DNA of 63,055 nt, filler included, from Octopus bimaculoides (Eukaryota): assembly GCF_001194135.2 (NCBI RefSeq). It is 4 parts of 3 records of this genome, joined end to end, with 100 filler letters (N's around TTAATTAATTAA, not from the genome) between each part and the next. Parts side by side here need not be neighbours in the genome. Positions count along the whole stretch, not along the records: positions 1 to 23,293 come from NC_068987.1; 3 more parts are not named here. One strand, written 5' to 3'. Of the stretch, positions 1 to 12,082 are shown one piece after another. The translations under genes were made by a program, and so were the position numbers. The number at the start of each line of letters is the position of its first letter. Positions within the stretch are counted from its first letter, which is position 1. The notes under the pieces are model-generated. The model made no database searches. It had not been told where the DNA came from and worked only from the letters and a program-made list of their open reading frames with translations.

Positions 1-59
<59 letters not shown>

Positions 60-299
60 GTGTGTATGTATGTATGTATGCATAGAAAGACAACTTCTCT
101 TCAATGATTTAAATTTAAACATGGAAATTTTATTTTAGTCTAATGCAATCATTGATTGTTTTATTAATGCATACAGTGAACACCATTTTCTTTTTAGAAT
201 ATTTAAAGCATGCATTTTTTTTTCTCAATAAAACGTTATATGTACGTTAAAGATAGAAATAGATAAAATCTTATGGTAATAATTCTTGGTCGGGTACCT

Positions 300-1110
300 A
301 TGTTTGATTATCGTAATATCTGGGTTTCAGTTACGTCTTTAGATATGTAAGCAAGCTAGTCGTTCAGTTTTCTAGAGTTTGCTGAATCTACTTGTGTACC
401 TGTTGCCATAAGTTTTCTTTTGGATATAAACCCGAAAGCGCGGTCAGCCACCGCAGTACTCAGCATTTCTTGCTCTTGAAGAATTCCTTGACTATTCCTG
501 TGATATGTTTTGTGTCGTTGTCATAATAAAATATCCATGACCGAAGCATATTCTTCGCCAAGATCTCCAAATATTCCTTACTGTACATGAAACTTTTTAT
601 CTGATACACGGTCTAGTTTCCTTTTCCATGCATGCAGACCCGAAACATGAGATTTCGGCCATTTATGTATAACAATCAGATTCATGCATCCTGGATGAAT
701 TCTCGGACGGTTGATTGTCAGAACCAAACAAATTAAATTTTGACGCATCCGACCACAAAATATCTCACCCATCGGACGACGCCCAATTCTTTTGCTTATG
801 GGCGAAATTTGTGGATTCATCGGTTTTTATCTTTTTTTACGAGCAATGAGTCTCACAAGCCTGAATCAGATTTTTGATTGATTAACACCAACGGGCAATT
901 GTTATTTGTATCATACATCGTTGAAAGTCTTAAAGGCGATGATTTTCCTGTCTTTCCTTTCAGTAGATGTAGTGTCTTTCTGATTGAGAGGACCAGTTTT
1001 ACTGAAAGAGTCCAGAGCATAATGAGTAGCTATAATTGAACAACGGTTCGAAGACGTCACTTTCGCTTATGCGTTTCACCAATTCTCGATCGCTTCTCTC
1101 ACAAAGTTTT
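300..1110 (-). mobile_element. Tc1-family (DD34E) transposase fossil
   Basis: Minus-strand translation with stops and frameshifts gives RLIARKK, FAHKQKNW, ILWSDASKFNLFGSD (~720-764) and YYDNDTKHITGIVKEFFKSKKC*VLRWLTALSGLYPKENLW. 34 residues lie between the second catalytic D and the E. Confidence 0.9.
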
Positions 1111-1287
1111 TCCATTGTCCTTCACAGTGGATCTCACGTAGGTTGATATATTCCTATTGTTATTAATAGTTTCTTTTATATAATATTCAAGATCAAACTT
1201 TTTTATAAAGTACTTTTAAATTAAGTGACGATTAAATTTTGTGTAAAGTTATTAGCACTGTAAATTTTATTATTTAAATTATATTTT

Positions 1288-1795
1288 GAAATACAATTAA
1301 ACCTTGGGAGAGGCATTATGCCGGTAATAAACACACGCACTGGTTCAGTCCTTTATTAATTTATAAACAGTATTTAGTTTTTTGTTAAATCATTTCATTG
1401 CACTCTTGCAATCTCTTCAGTAACTTGTCTCTCCACTTCCATTTATTTTGAATGTATGATTTGGCGTTGTTTTGAAACTGTTCGGTATGAGCATGTGAGT
1501 GTGTGCAAGTTCGTATGTGTGCACGCACTTATGTGTTCGTGCTTATATGTAAGTATGTGCGTCCATATGTGTGTTTGTAACAATTTCATTTATATCGGAT
1601 CAGATAGAGACTTTGGACTTGGTTTTAGTTTCCTTTCTGTTATATATATTTTTTTTTTTTTACTGAAGAGATTGCAAGAGTGCAATGAAATTATTTAACA
1701 AAAGACTATATACTGTTTATAAATTAATAAAGGACTGAACCAGTGCATGTCTTTATTACCGGCATAATGCCTCTCCCAAGGTTTAATTGTATTTC
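1288..1795. repeat. 136-bp inverted repeat (arms 1288-1423 and 1660-1795, 236-bp spacer)
   Basis: Reverse complement of 1660-1795 matches 1288-1423 with only a few substitutions. Each arm starts at its inner end with a hammerhead-like motif. Confidence 0.9.
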
Positions 1796-1989
1796 TTTCA
1801 ACACACGTATCCACATCAAGAATCTTGCACACGAAATACACATACGAAATATATTTTGAAACTTACGTCATTTAAAGGAGTAGAAAAAAATATGAATTGT
1901 AACTGATTAAGTAAAAGAATTCTTGTTTAATCAACGAAATTTGGTTGCTTGAGTACTCCATAATTCCAAATCCAAAGGTGACATATTAC

Positions 1990-2235
1990 CCTTTCATTTT
2001 TTTTTCGGGGTTGATAAATCAATTATTAGTCCAATATTTGAATAGCTTAGCGGCATTACGTCGATCTTTTCGTTCTGAGTTCAAATTCCGCTGTGGTCGA
2101 CTTTTGCTTTTCATTCTTTTGGGTTCAATAAAATAAGAACCAGTTGACCACTGACACTGGGGGTCCATGAAATCGTCTTACCACCTCCCACCAAACTGCT
2201 GCCCTTGTGCCAAACTTTGAAGCCAATATTAGAAT
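1990..2235 (+). mobile_element. Diverged tRNA-derived SINE (family B, as 10816-11051)
   Basis: ttagcggcattacgtc...ttctgagttcaaattccgctgtggtcgacttttgcttttcat...cactggggtc aligns by eye to the 10816 copy. Confidence 0.7.
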
Positions 2236-2452
2236 AGAATATCGGGCCTTTTGCCTAGAGTAGAAAAGAATATTAGAATAGATGTTTCTAGCCCTTCTAT
2301 CTCTCTCTCCCTCTCTCTCCCTCTCTACTTCTCTCTCTCTCCCTCTCTACTTCTCTCTCTCCCTCTCCCCCCCTCTCTCTCTCCCTCTACTCTCTCTCTC
2401 TCTCTCTCTCTCTCCCTTTCCCTTCCTCGCGTACACACACTGGACGAAATAA

Positions 2453-2750
2453 GGTTTCAGTTGATCCGATCAACAGAACAACCTGCTCGTAAAATTAACG
2501 TGCATGTGGCCGAGCACTCCACAGACACGTGTATCCTTAATGTAGCTCACGGAGAGACCCAGCGTGACACAGAATGTGACAAGGTTGGCTCTTTGAAATA
2601 CAGGTACTTCTCATTTTTGCCAGCTGAGTGGACTGGAGCAACATGAAATAAAGTGTTTTGTATAAGGATACAACGCATTGCCGGGAATTGAACTTACGAC
2701 CTTACTAAGCCTTACTAAGCCTTACTAAGCCTTACTAAGCCACACACCTT
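2453..2750 (-). mobile_element. tRNA-derived SINE with 17-bp target-site duplication
   Basis: Direct repeat cacactggacgaaataa at 2436-2452 and 2751-2767. B-box-like gttcaattcccgg. 3' part shared with 24722-24865. Four tandem copies of cttactaagc (2701-2740) in the head. Confidence 0.85.
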
Positions 2751-2898
2751 CACACTGGACGAAATAATTGAGGCCAATACAAGTACAGAGATGGACTCCA
2801 CCACGTTTAAATGCACAAGACAAATCTGTTTATCACGTTGGTGATCCTTAGACCTTATAAGGTGTTGAGTGTCCATGGCAAAATGTGTGCGCTAGTGT

Positions 2899-3864
2899 GG
2901 GAGCTAGTTCAAAACGGGGGCACCAGTTTTCATTTATGTTTTATGTAATGTTTTTGGTACCGAAAGACTTTCAAACTTCGTATACTTATCTATTTTGTGT
3001 TATAGAACAGAAAAAAATTTTTGTATTCGAATTAATTTCATGTAAAAAAATTGTCTAATTTCGATAATTTCAACCAATCACTGACAAGTATTCAGCTGTT
3101 TATACTTACGCCTTTGGCAGTTTAAGCGGTGTAAAGCGTATTTAATCTCCATTACTTCTGACATTTTGCAGAGAGGCAACACACGTGTGTTCGTTTTCCC
3201 TAACCCTAACCCTAACTGACTTGCTCCTTCCCTCAAAAACCAGGCCTTGTGCCTATAATAGAAAGGTTTATTAGCTACTGCTAATATGCTTCAGCCATTT
3301 TTTGACAAGGAAATAATAATTTTATCACCGCCAGAATCGTTTGAGAATCGTTTGTTTACGTAGTCAGCATTTAATGTATTTGGCTGAATGGACGTCAGTC
3401 ATTGGTTGAAATTACAGAAATACGACAACTTTAACATGAAATAAATTGCAATATAATTTTTCTTAAGAAGACTAAGAGAAAAAGATGTTTTATATGATAC
3501 ATTCTACCAGTGTCCCAAGTTTCAAAGTGTTTCGTTAAGAAAATACTGNNNNNNNNNNTTATTAGCTACTGCTAATATGCTTCAGCCATTTTTTGACAAG
3601 GAAATAATAATTTTATCACCGCCAGAATCGTTTGAGAATCGTTTGTTTACGTAGTCAGCATTTAATGTATTTGGCTGAATGGACGTCAGTCATTGGTTGA
3701 AATTACAGAAATACGACAACTTTAACATGAAATAAATTGCAATATAATTTTTCTTAAGAAGACTAAGAGAAAAAGATGTTTTATATGATACATTCTACCA
3801 GTGTCCCAAGTTTCAAAGTGTTTCGTTAAGAAAATACTGGTGCCCCCGTTTTGAACTAGATGCC
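2899..3864 (+). mobile_element. MITE / non-autonomous DNA transposon carrying telomere-like repeats
   Basis: Perfect 24-bp TIR core ctagttcaaaacgggggcaccagt (2904-2927 / 3836-3859), subterminal inverted motif aatttcaaccaatcactgac, internal ccctaaccctaaccctaac near 3197. Same family as 50423-51092. Confidence 0.9.
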
Positions 3865-4339
3865 GTGTGTGTGTGTGTGTGTGTGTGCGTGCGCATATGA
3901 GTCTGTGTGCGTGTGTTTGTGCGTGTGTATGTGTGTGTGTGGTTTATAGTTTACAATCCGTTCTCTACTCTTTCACACCCTATCGTTGAATCTCTCTCAT
4001 GCTCAGATGTCATTGTGTTCTAATGTTCGTTCTGAGTATATATTGTTACATTTAGAATTGTACGTAAAATAAAAAGTAGATAGGTACGTACGTACATAAA
4101 TAACTTGATGCATACACACATTTATATATATAGAACACAAAAGTATGGTTAACTATACACACACACACACACACACACTCGCAGAGACACACACACACAC
4201 ATATGCATATATGTATTATGTATGTATGTTTAGATAGATAGATAGATAGATAGATATATAGATAGATAGATCCAGAAAGGGAGATTCCCCAACTATAGCA
4301 GCTGCCAGGCGCCTGCGGCCACCATTTTTCCGTGCGTTC

Positions 4340-5035
4340 GTAAGGTTGTTGTTGTGCTGGTGGCGGTGTGGTGAAGCTGCTGGTGATTGTGATGTGGTGA
4401 CGCTGGTGTTGACGCTGGTGGTGTGGTGACGCTGCTAGTGGTGGTGGTGGTGTGGTGACGCTGCTAGTGGTGGTGGGGCTGGTGGTGGTGGTGGNNNNNN
4501 NNNNNNNNNNNNNNNNNNNNNNNNNNNNNNNNNNNNNNNNNNNNNNNNNNNNNNNNNNNNNNNNNNNNNNNNNNNNNNNNNNNNNNNNNNNNNNNNNNNN
4601 NNNNNNNNNNNNNNNNNNNNNNNNNNNNNNNNNNNNNNNNNNNNNNNNNNNNNNNNNNNNNNNNNNNNNNNNNNNNNNNNNNNNNNNNNNNNNNNNNNNN
4701 NNNNNNNNNNNNNNNNNNNNNNNNNNNNNNNNNNNNNNNNNNNNNNNNNNNNNNNNNNNNNNNNNNNNNNNNNNNNNNNNNNNNNNNNNNNNNNNNNNNN
4801 NNNNNNNNNNNNNNNNNNNGGTGGTGGTGGTGGTGGTGGTGTTGTGGTGACGCTGCTAGTGGTGGTGGTGGTGGTTTTGGGCGGGGGTTGTTGCTGAAAT
4901 TGTTGTTTTTCATATCAGCGACTTAACAACCAGCTTGCAAACTAGTTTTCCCAGATTCCATTTTATCGCACTCTCTGACGACTGTGGGGACAGGCGTTTC
5001 CACGACTATCAACACTACCACAAGCGCCACTAGCC

Positions 5036-5067
<32 letters not shown>

Positions 5068-5113
5068 ACAGCAGCAACATCAGCAGCAGCAGTAACAGTA
5101 CCAGCAGCAGCAA

Positions 5114-5166
<53 letters not shown>

Positions 5167-5230
5167 TCATCAGCAGCAGCAGCAGCTGCAGTAGTAGTAG
5201 TAGTAGTAGTAGTAGTTGTAGTAGTAATAG
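4340..5230. repeat. Compound trinucleotide repeats (GGT, GTA, GCA) with gtgacgctgctagtggtggt minisatellite units
   Basis: Direct reading; spans an N gap. Confidence 0.9.
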
Positions 5231-6558
5231 GAATAGGAGGAGGAGACAACGATCGTTAGGTGGGGAGAGGTAAGGAGAGAGAGAGAGTCAATAGCGTAGG
5301 CGTAGAGTGAATTTGGAGAGGCTGGCTGGCTGGGTGTTAAATGTCTGCATTATCTCAAAACCGTCCGAAGACACGTCCAGATGATTGTCCTACAAAACGG
5401 CTAATTCACGCCATCAATATAAATCAGTTGACTCCTAAATAGAAAAGATATGTCGCTTAGCTGTTTATTAACTGTCGCTGAGGGGTTACATCTGGCATGT
5501 ATCATCATCAGCAACACGAGCGGCAAACGGCAACGGCAGGAGCAGTAACAGCGTCAGTGATAGAGAGGTGGGAGCGGGGGTGGGGGTAGTAGTAGTAGTA
5601 GTAGTAGGAGGAGGAGGAGGACGAGGAGGAGGAAAAGCGAAGTACAACTGTTAAAACACGTAACTTGACCTTCAATTCAAATCCTATTTATTATATAACT
5701 CCAATATATATTTTTTCATTCTCAAAATTTACTATTTCATTTTCTCTCTCCCTCCCTCTCTCTCTCTCTCTCTCTCTCTTTCTATCTATCTATCTGTCTG
5801 TCTCTTTCTCTCTCTTCCTGTTCCTCTCTCTCACTCTCTTTCTGTCTCTTTCTCTCTCTTCCTGTTCCTCTCTCTCACTCTCTTTCTGTCTCTTTCTCTA
5901 TCTATCTACTTATCTGTCTATATCTATCAATCTGTGAATCCTAGTCTATTTTTCACTATCACAGTCTATCTAATTTTCCATTGTCTATACTTATCTCTCC
6001 CTCGGTCTTAGACTGTCTATCTCTCCTACTATCCCAATCTAATTTCATCTCCTATCACAGTCCATCTCCGACATACACACAACACACATTCACCCTCTAC
6101 AACTTTCTGCTTCTCCACTCTCCCGGTCAGTCTATGAGCTCATTTACTATCCCAGTCTATCTCTTCTTCACAATTGCTGTCTCCTCTTTGAGTTCTCACT
6201 GTCTGAGTCTTTCTCAGTTATCGTCTCAGTCTGTCTATCTCTGTCACTATCTTACTTTGTCTATTATTCTCTCCTACTCTCAGTCTCACAGTCTCAGTCT
6301 TTCTATCTCTCTCCAAATGTTCCAGCATTTTTTACTGCCCCAGTCTAACTGTCTCTCCCACTGCCCCAGTCTGTCTATCTTTTACAATCCCAATTCATGC
6401 ACCTTTCCCACAACTCCAGCGTGTATATTTCTCTCCCACAACCCCTGTCTGTGTATCTCTCCTACTGTCCTACACTGTCGTATATTGTCTATTTCTTTCA
6501 TTGTTTTAGTTTGACTCATTATCCCACGTCTTAGCAGTCTATCTGTCTCCCACTGTCC

Positions 6559-6610
<52 letters not shown>

Positions 6611-6670
6611 TCTTATCTATCTTTCTTCTGTCCGGCACTATCTCCCTTTCCCTCTCTGTCTATCTCTCCG

Positions 6671-6930
6671 CTGTTCTCCCAGCAGGCTCTCTCCCACTGT
6701 TCTCCCAGCAGGCTCTCTCCCACCGTTCTCCCAGCAGGCTCTCTCCCACTGTTCTCCCAGCAGGCTCTCTCCCACCGTTCTCCCAGCAGGCTCTCTCCCA
6801 CTGTTCTCCCAGCAGGCTCTCTCCCATCGTTCTCCCAACAGGCTCTCTCCCACTGTTCTCCCAGCAGGCTCTCTCCCATCGTTCTCCCAGCAGGCTCTCT
6901 CCCACCGTTCTCCCAGCAGGCTCTCTCCCA
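6671..6930 (+). repeat. 26-bp minisatellite, 10 copies
   Basis: Unit c(t/c)gttctcccagcaggctctctccca starts at 6671, 6697 and so on; the array ends at 6930. Confidence 0.95.
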
Positions 6931-7304
6931 CTGTTCCAGTTTCTCTATCTCTCCCATTACCCTAATAAATTTATCTCTTTTCATATCCCAGAACGTTTAT
7001 ATCTCTTACTATATTACTGTGTCTCTATTTCCTATTGCCCCACTATTCCAATATCTAACTTTTCTATCCCACTGTTTGCTCTTCTCACCCTTTTCTCTCC
7101 CTCTTTCTTTCTCTCTCTCTCTTTATGTTTCTCTCCTTCTCATTCCTTCTCTCTCTTTCTCGTCTCTTCTCTCCCTTTCTCTCCTCTCTCGCACACCATA
7201 CACACGCACACACACACACACGCACACATACACACACACACATGCAGATACACATATACATCATGCATAAAAATTATATATATACATATGGGTATGTATG
7301 TATG

Positions 7305-7414
<110 letters not shown>

Positions 7415-7553
7415 TCTATGTGTATGTATGTGCACACACACGCGCGAGCACACGCACACATACACGTACTTACAGGCTTCTCTACATACAAGATACTCAC
7501 TTCACCTTGACAGATGATAGGCGTCTCAATTAATCTACATTATCCCGATAATC

Positions 7554-7830
7554 TCAAATACTTCGGCATGCTTTGAGATGACTCTTAAGACCTGCAGTCG
7601 ATCAGTAAAGCCTCGAACATATGTAACAGATAAGACTCAAAACTTCTCCAGCCAGTCAAGTCTGCACATGTCATCACTCGTCCATCGCCACAGAATCTTG
7701 ATTAGAGACACAAGATGAACCATATGGAGTGAGACATGTCTACGTCATTAGATTAAAGTGACATACGCTTTTACAATGGGTATCCCACTCTCTAAGTGTT
7801 AGTATTTGGAATCAAATGACAACATTGCAA
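7554..7830 (-). mobile_element. RTE-clade LINE 3' fragment
   Basis: Minus strand 7628-7554 reads CYICSRLY*STAGLKSHLKACRSI*, matching the C-terminal CxxC...SxxGLxSH zinc-finger-like motif of RTE elements. Confidence 0.65.
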
Positions 7831-8013
7831 GATGACTGGCAACTACATCATTTGCAGGTTTGAATTCAGAGTGTCTTCTCCTAGATGTTTTTCCCGCCAA
7901 AAGATTCTTATAAGACTGTAGGGATTTAAAACGAGCATTTTTGCACATAGGAGGATTGCCATATACTTCCATGAGTTTTCACCCTTTAACGGGTCTTGCT
8001 TTTTATTCTGCAG

Positions 8014-8154
8014 GGAGTCCAAAAGATTAACTTCTTTGCCAAACAAGTCTAGTGAAGTTGCCGGCTTAGTCACTGATGACCTGACCATGCAACAGATTGT
8101 ACAAGATCGCAGCTTACCAGTAGCACTCAAGCTTGACCAGACACGTGTCTGTAT
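8014..8154 (+). CDS. Candidate internal coding exon (141 nt, phase 2-2), possible CABIT-domain motif
   Basis: Acceptor ttgctttttattctgcag, donor gtaagt at 8155, stop-free frame ESKRLTSLPNKSSEVAGLVTDDLTMQQIVQDRSLPVALKLDQTRVC. No other exon of the gene could be linked. Confidence 0.4.
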
Positions 8155-8592
8155 GTAAGTATGCATGCATTTATGTATGTATATATCGATACATGCATAC
8201 AATGCAATAGTGTGCTGAGTGGAAAGCTATTAATACCGAGGCAACATGCCAATCGGCTTAAGAGAAACGCGTGTATGTTATATAAAGCTTAAATATACCA
8301 ATTAAGTTTCCAGCATTTGTTGTTGTTGTTGCTGCTTTTGTTGAGTGTGTGTGTGTGTGCATTCGTGTGTGTGTGTACAACGAGAGCGAAAGAGAGAAAT
8401 GATCATGTGTTTATAATGATTTGAACTTCAAAGCTATGTTAAAAGTACACAAGACTGTTTAGTTACGAGGAATAGCCTAAATATCTGGAACGTGTAACTC
8501 TGGGTCGCGATTCAGCTTTTGAATGTATGCACAGACATATGCATGAAAATACATAGATATAGACAGCTAAATATATATTTGTAGTGTGTGTA

Positions 8593-8626
<34 letters not shown>

Positions 8627-8725
8627 TACACAACCTTCTAACGGTGACTGACCATGTAACATCACGGCTCGTAAGTTGCCCCATGATTTCGTTTTTGTCT
8701 TGCTATTACATGTTTTATTATGATC

Positions 8726-8811
8726 TCCCTGAAGAGAAATGAATGAAGACCCCAACCACTCTTTCTTCTTTGTGAAAGTACGATCATTTGTTTCGAAACA
8801 TATATGTAGGA
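8726..8811 (+). ncRNA. Type I hammerhead ribozyme motif, canonical core
   Basis: Stem I TCC/GGA, CTGAAGA 8729-8735, stem II GAAA/TTTC closed by G-C, GAAA 8795-8798, palindromic stem III ACATATATGT, GUA triplet ending at 8808. Confidence 0.7.
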
Positions 8812-9607
8812 ATTAAAGGAACTTTCATTGACATGCGTTTTGCTCCATTTATTATTATCCATATATATATATATATATANNNNNNNNNNNNNNNNNNNNN
8901 NNNNNNNNNNNNNNNNNNNNNNNNNNNNNNNNNNNNNNNNNNNNNNNNNNNNNNNNNNNNNNNNNNNNNNNNNNNNNNNNNNNNNNNNNNNNNNNNNNNN
9001 NNNNNNNNNNNNNNNNNNNNNNNNNNNNNNNNNNNNNNNNNNNNNNNNNNNNNNNNNNNNNNNNNNNNNNNNNNNNNNNNNNNNNNNNNNNNNNNNNNNN
9101 NNNNNNNNNNNNNNNNNNNNNNNNNNNNNNNNNNNNNNNNNNNNNNNNNNNNNNNNNNNNNNNNNNNNNNNNNNNNNNNNNNNNNNNNNNNNNNNNNNNN
9201 NNNNNNNNNNNNNNNNNNNNNNNNNNNNNNNNNNNNNNNNNNNNNNNNNNNNNNNNNNNNNNNNNNNNNNNNNNNNNNNNNNNNNNNNNNNNNNNNNNNN
9301 NNNNNNNNNNNNNNNNNNNNNNNNNNNNNNNNNNNNNNNNNNNNNNNNNNNNNNNNNNNNNNNNNNNNNNNNNNNNNNNNNNNNNNNNNNNNNNNNNNNN
9401 NNNNNNNNNNNNNNNNNNNNNNNNNNNNNNNNNNNNNNNNNNNNNNNNNNNNNNNNNNNNNNNNNNNNNNNNNNNNNNNNNNNNNNNNNNNNNNNNNNNN
9501 NNNNNNNNNNNNTTTTGATCCGATATCGTGCGTTGGAACAAAAGCGATTGCTGCGTGGAAGTTACAAGTTAGCCACTGAGGAACACACGAAGACCGTTAA
9601 CTTCATT

Positions 9608-9658
<51 letters not shown>

Positions 9659-9682
9659 CTCTCTCACTCTTTCTTTCTCTCT

Positions 9683-10086
9683 CTCTTTACTCTTTGACTT
9701 GTTTCAGTCATTTGACTGAGGCCATGCTGGAGCACCGCCTTTAGTCGAGAAAATTGACCTCAGGACTTATTCTTTGTAAGCCTAGTACTTAATCAATCGG
9801 TCCCTTTTTGCCGAACCGCTAGGTTACGGGGGCGTAAACACACCAATATCGGTTGTCAAGCGATGGTCGGGGGACAAACACAGACACACAAACACACATA
9901 CATATATATATATATATACATATATACGAAGGGCTTCTTTCAGTTTCCGTCTACCAAATCCACTTACAAGGCTTTGGTCGGCCCGAGGCTATAGTAGAAG
10001 ACACTTGCCCAAGGTACCACGCAGTTGGACTGAACCCGGAACCATGTGGCTGGTAAGCAAGCTACTTACCACACAGCCACTCCTGC
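9683..10086 (-). mobile_element. tRNA-derived SINE family A, full length
   Basis: Reverse complement matches 41309-41928: head ggagtggctgtgtggtaagtagcttgcttacc, internal microsatellite, tail gcggtgctccagcatggc...gactgaaacaag. Confidence 0.9.
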
Positions 10087-10214
10087 TTCTTCAAGCATTT
10101 ATTTGTATTATGGTGCCAAAATTTTCATCCCTCGAAACTGCGACCTGCTCACGGGNNNNNNNNNNGGTATGCGCACGTGTACAGATAGATAGATAGATAG
10201 AATGAGAAAGAGAA

Positions 10215-12082
10215 ATATAGATATGCATCACACAAAAATATAGAAGGGCCACACTACATACCTCTGATAACATCAATAATGAGGCAAAACGAATAGCCAC
10301 CAGCCTGGGCATTGCCGACAGGGTAGAAATACTAGCTAAACGTAATGCCTTTATAACTATCAAGGATCACAAACGGGACTGTACTTCCAGCCCTAAATGC
10401 TGACTGATTAACCCTGGCAAGTCCGAAATCGGACAGGTGAGCAAACACATCCTAAGAAGGGTTAATAAAGACATAAGGAAAAAAATGTTACTTGATAGGG
10501 CGTTAGTATATGCTAGACGAATTACCGAAATAAATGATAGAGAGATAGATATAATTAGGCACGCTAGAAAAACGCTACTATTCAACCAGGATTCAACCTG
10601 AGTCAAATGAACTGACCCTAAAGTCTCATTCGACGTCGCGATGGAGGCATACGACAGTGCTGATATTTGCGATCTTATAGAGTTTTACATTCTGGACACA
10701 CTGGGTAATAAATCCCCCTCTGTCCACTTCGGCTTACTTTAGATAGGCTTAGAAAAGACATCATACATGCCCTCAACGGCCTTGGCCTTAAAATCACCAT
10801 AAAAACTGACCTCATGAAGGCAGCGAGCTGGCAGAAACGTTAGCACGCCGGGCGAAATGCTTAGCGGTATTTCGTCTGCCGTTACGATCTGAGTTCAAAT
10901 TCCACCGAGGCCGCCTTTGCCTTTCATCCTTTCGGGGTCGATAAATTAAGTACCAGTCACGCACTGGGGTCGATGTAATCGACTTAATACCTTTGTCTGT
11001 CCTTGTTTGTCCCCTCTATGTTTAGCCCCTTGTGGGCAATAAAGAAATAAGAAACTAACCTCATTTGTGATGAACTTCTTGGATGTCACGCTTGATCAAG
11101 AGAGTGGCACCTAGAGACCAAACTGTAAACCGAATGATAGGCTATCGTACATTAATACAGCCTCCTGTCACCTACCCATAATGTTCAAAAACCTAATAAA
11201 AGGTATCAGTAAACGGATTTCGATCTTATCTTCAAATAAAGATATTTTCGACACAGCAGCCAGCGGGTTCAAAGAGAATATAATATATATATACCAGGAT
11301 TGAGTAGACATAAAAAGAAACGCCACCGGAAGACGTTATGCTTCGCTCACCCCTTCTCCCTAAACGTCCGGACTTGCGTAGGTAAGATTTTGCTTGGGTT
11401 GGTTGATAAGCATTTCACGCGATCACACAAATATAGAAAGATCTTTAACAGACATAATTTAAGAATCTCTTTCAGTTGTGCATGTAATGTTAGGAAAAAA
11501 ATCACTTAGCACTCCTAAACCACGGACAGAGGCTGGTTGTTCATGCATGATTAGAAATGAATGCCCACTGGACGGCCGCTGTAACACCGAGGCTACAGTG
11601 TACCAAGCAAAGCAACCTCGAACAGAAGCAGCACAAATATTAGTAACATCAATGCCAACGCAGGGACACACACTTAAATTTATGTCGGATCTTGTGAATC
11701 CAAATTAAAAATTCGCCTGAACAGGTTCCCGGAGAGACGCAACACAACAACACCCGCAGCATACGTTTGGCACCTAAAGGACGATCATACGCCCTATAGC
11801 ATCAGGTGGAAATTATTGGAAACTTGTGGACCCTATCGCAATGGAACAAGACTGTTTAAATTTCGTATGGCAGAAAGATATATAATCCTCATGAACTCAC
11901 ATGAGCCAGGAGGCTACCTCAACTCCAAGACGGAAGCCGTGGGGAGTTGTCCACATTTTCGGAAATGTTTACTTCAAAATTGGAAAACCTAGCTATCAAG
12001 CGAAGGAAGACAACTCGCTCGGCCATAATTTTTTAAGAGGAATATATCTTGAACTATCACCGGCGTTCTTGTGTATAAAAAA
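10215..12082 (+). mobile_element. Penelope-like element fossil (RT plus GIY-YIG)
   Basis: Motifs NAFITIKDHK, LINPGKSEIGQVSKHIL, FDVAMEAYDSADICDL, NFLDVTLD, KPNDRLSYINTASCH, HPFSLNVRTCVGK, KIFNRHNLRISFSC, CPLDGRC, YVWHLKD, IRWKLL; frameshifted and with stops. Confidence 0.9.
10816..11051 (+). mobile_element. SINE family B inserted into the Penelope-like RT
   Basis: Near-perfect TSD aaactgacctcat (10803-10815) / aaactaacctcat (11052-11064). The RT reading resumes on either side. Confidence 0.9.

Noticed and set aside
172-1262. TA-cagtg ends as TIRs of the Tc1 fossil
   Set aside because: The match extends only 5 bp.
3268-3839. Exact 281-bp tandem duplication inside the MITE
   Set aside because: The two copies flank a 10-N gap and are identical, which is typical of an unmerged contig overlap.
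4464-5259. Pro/His/Thr/Val-rich ORFs
   Set aside because: They are trinucleotide repeats with stops in the unique flanks and no splice or homology support.
6671-6930. CRISPR-like regular repeat
   Set aside because: The units are contiguous with no spacers, and the context is eukaryotic.
6613-6984. Repetitive ORFs ([16 protein letters not shown]...)
   Set aside because: They are a translation of a 26-bp minisatellite whose unit is not a multiple of three.
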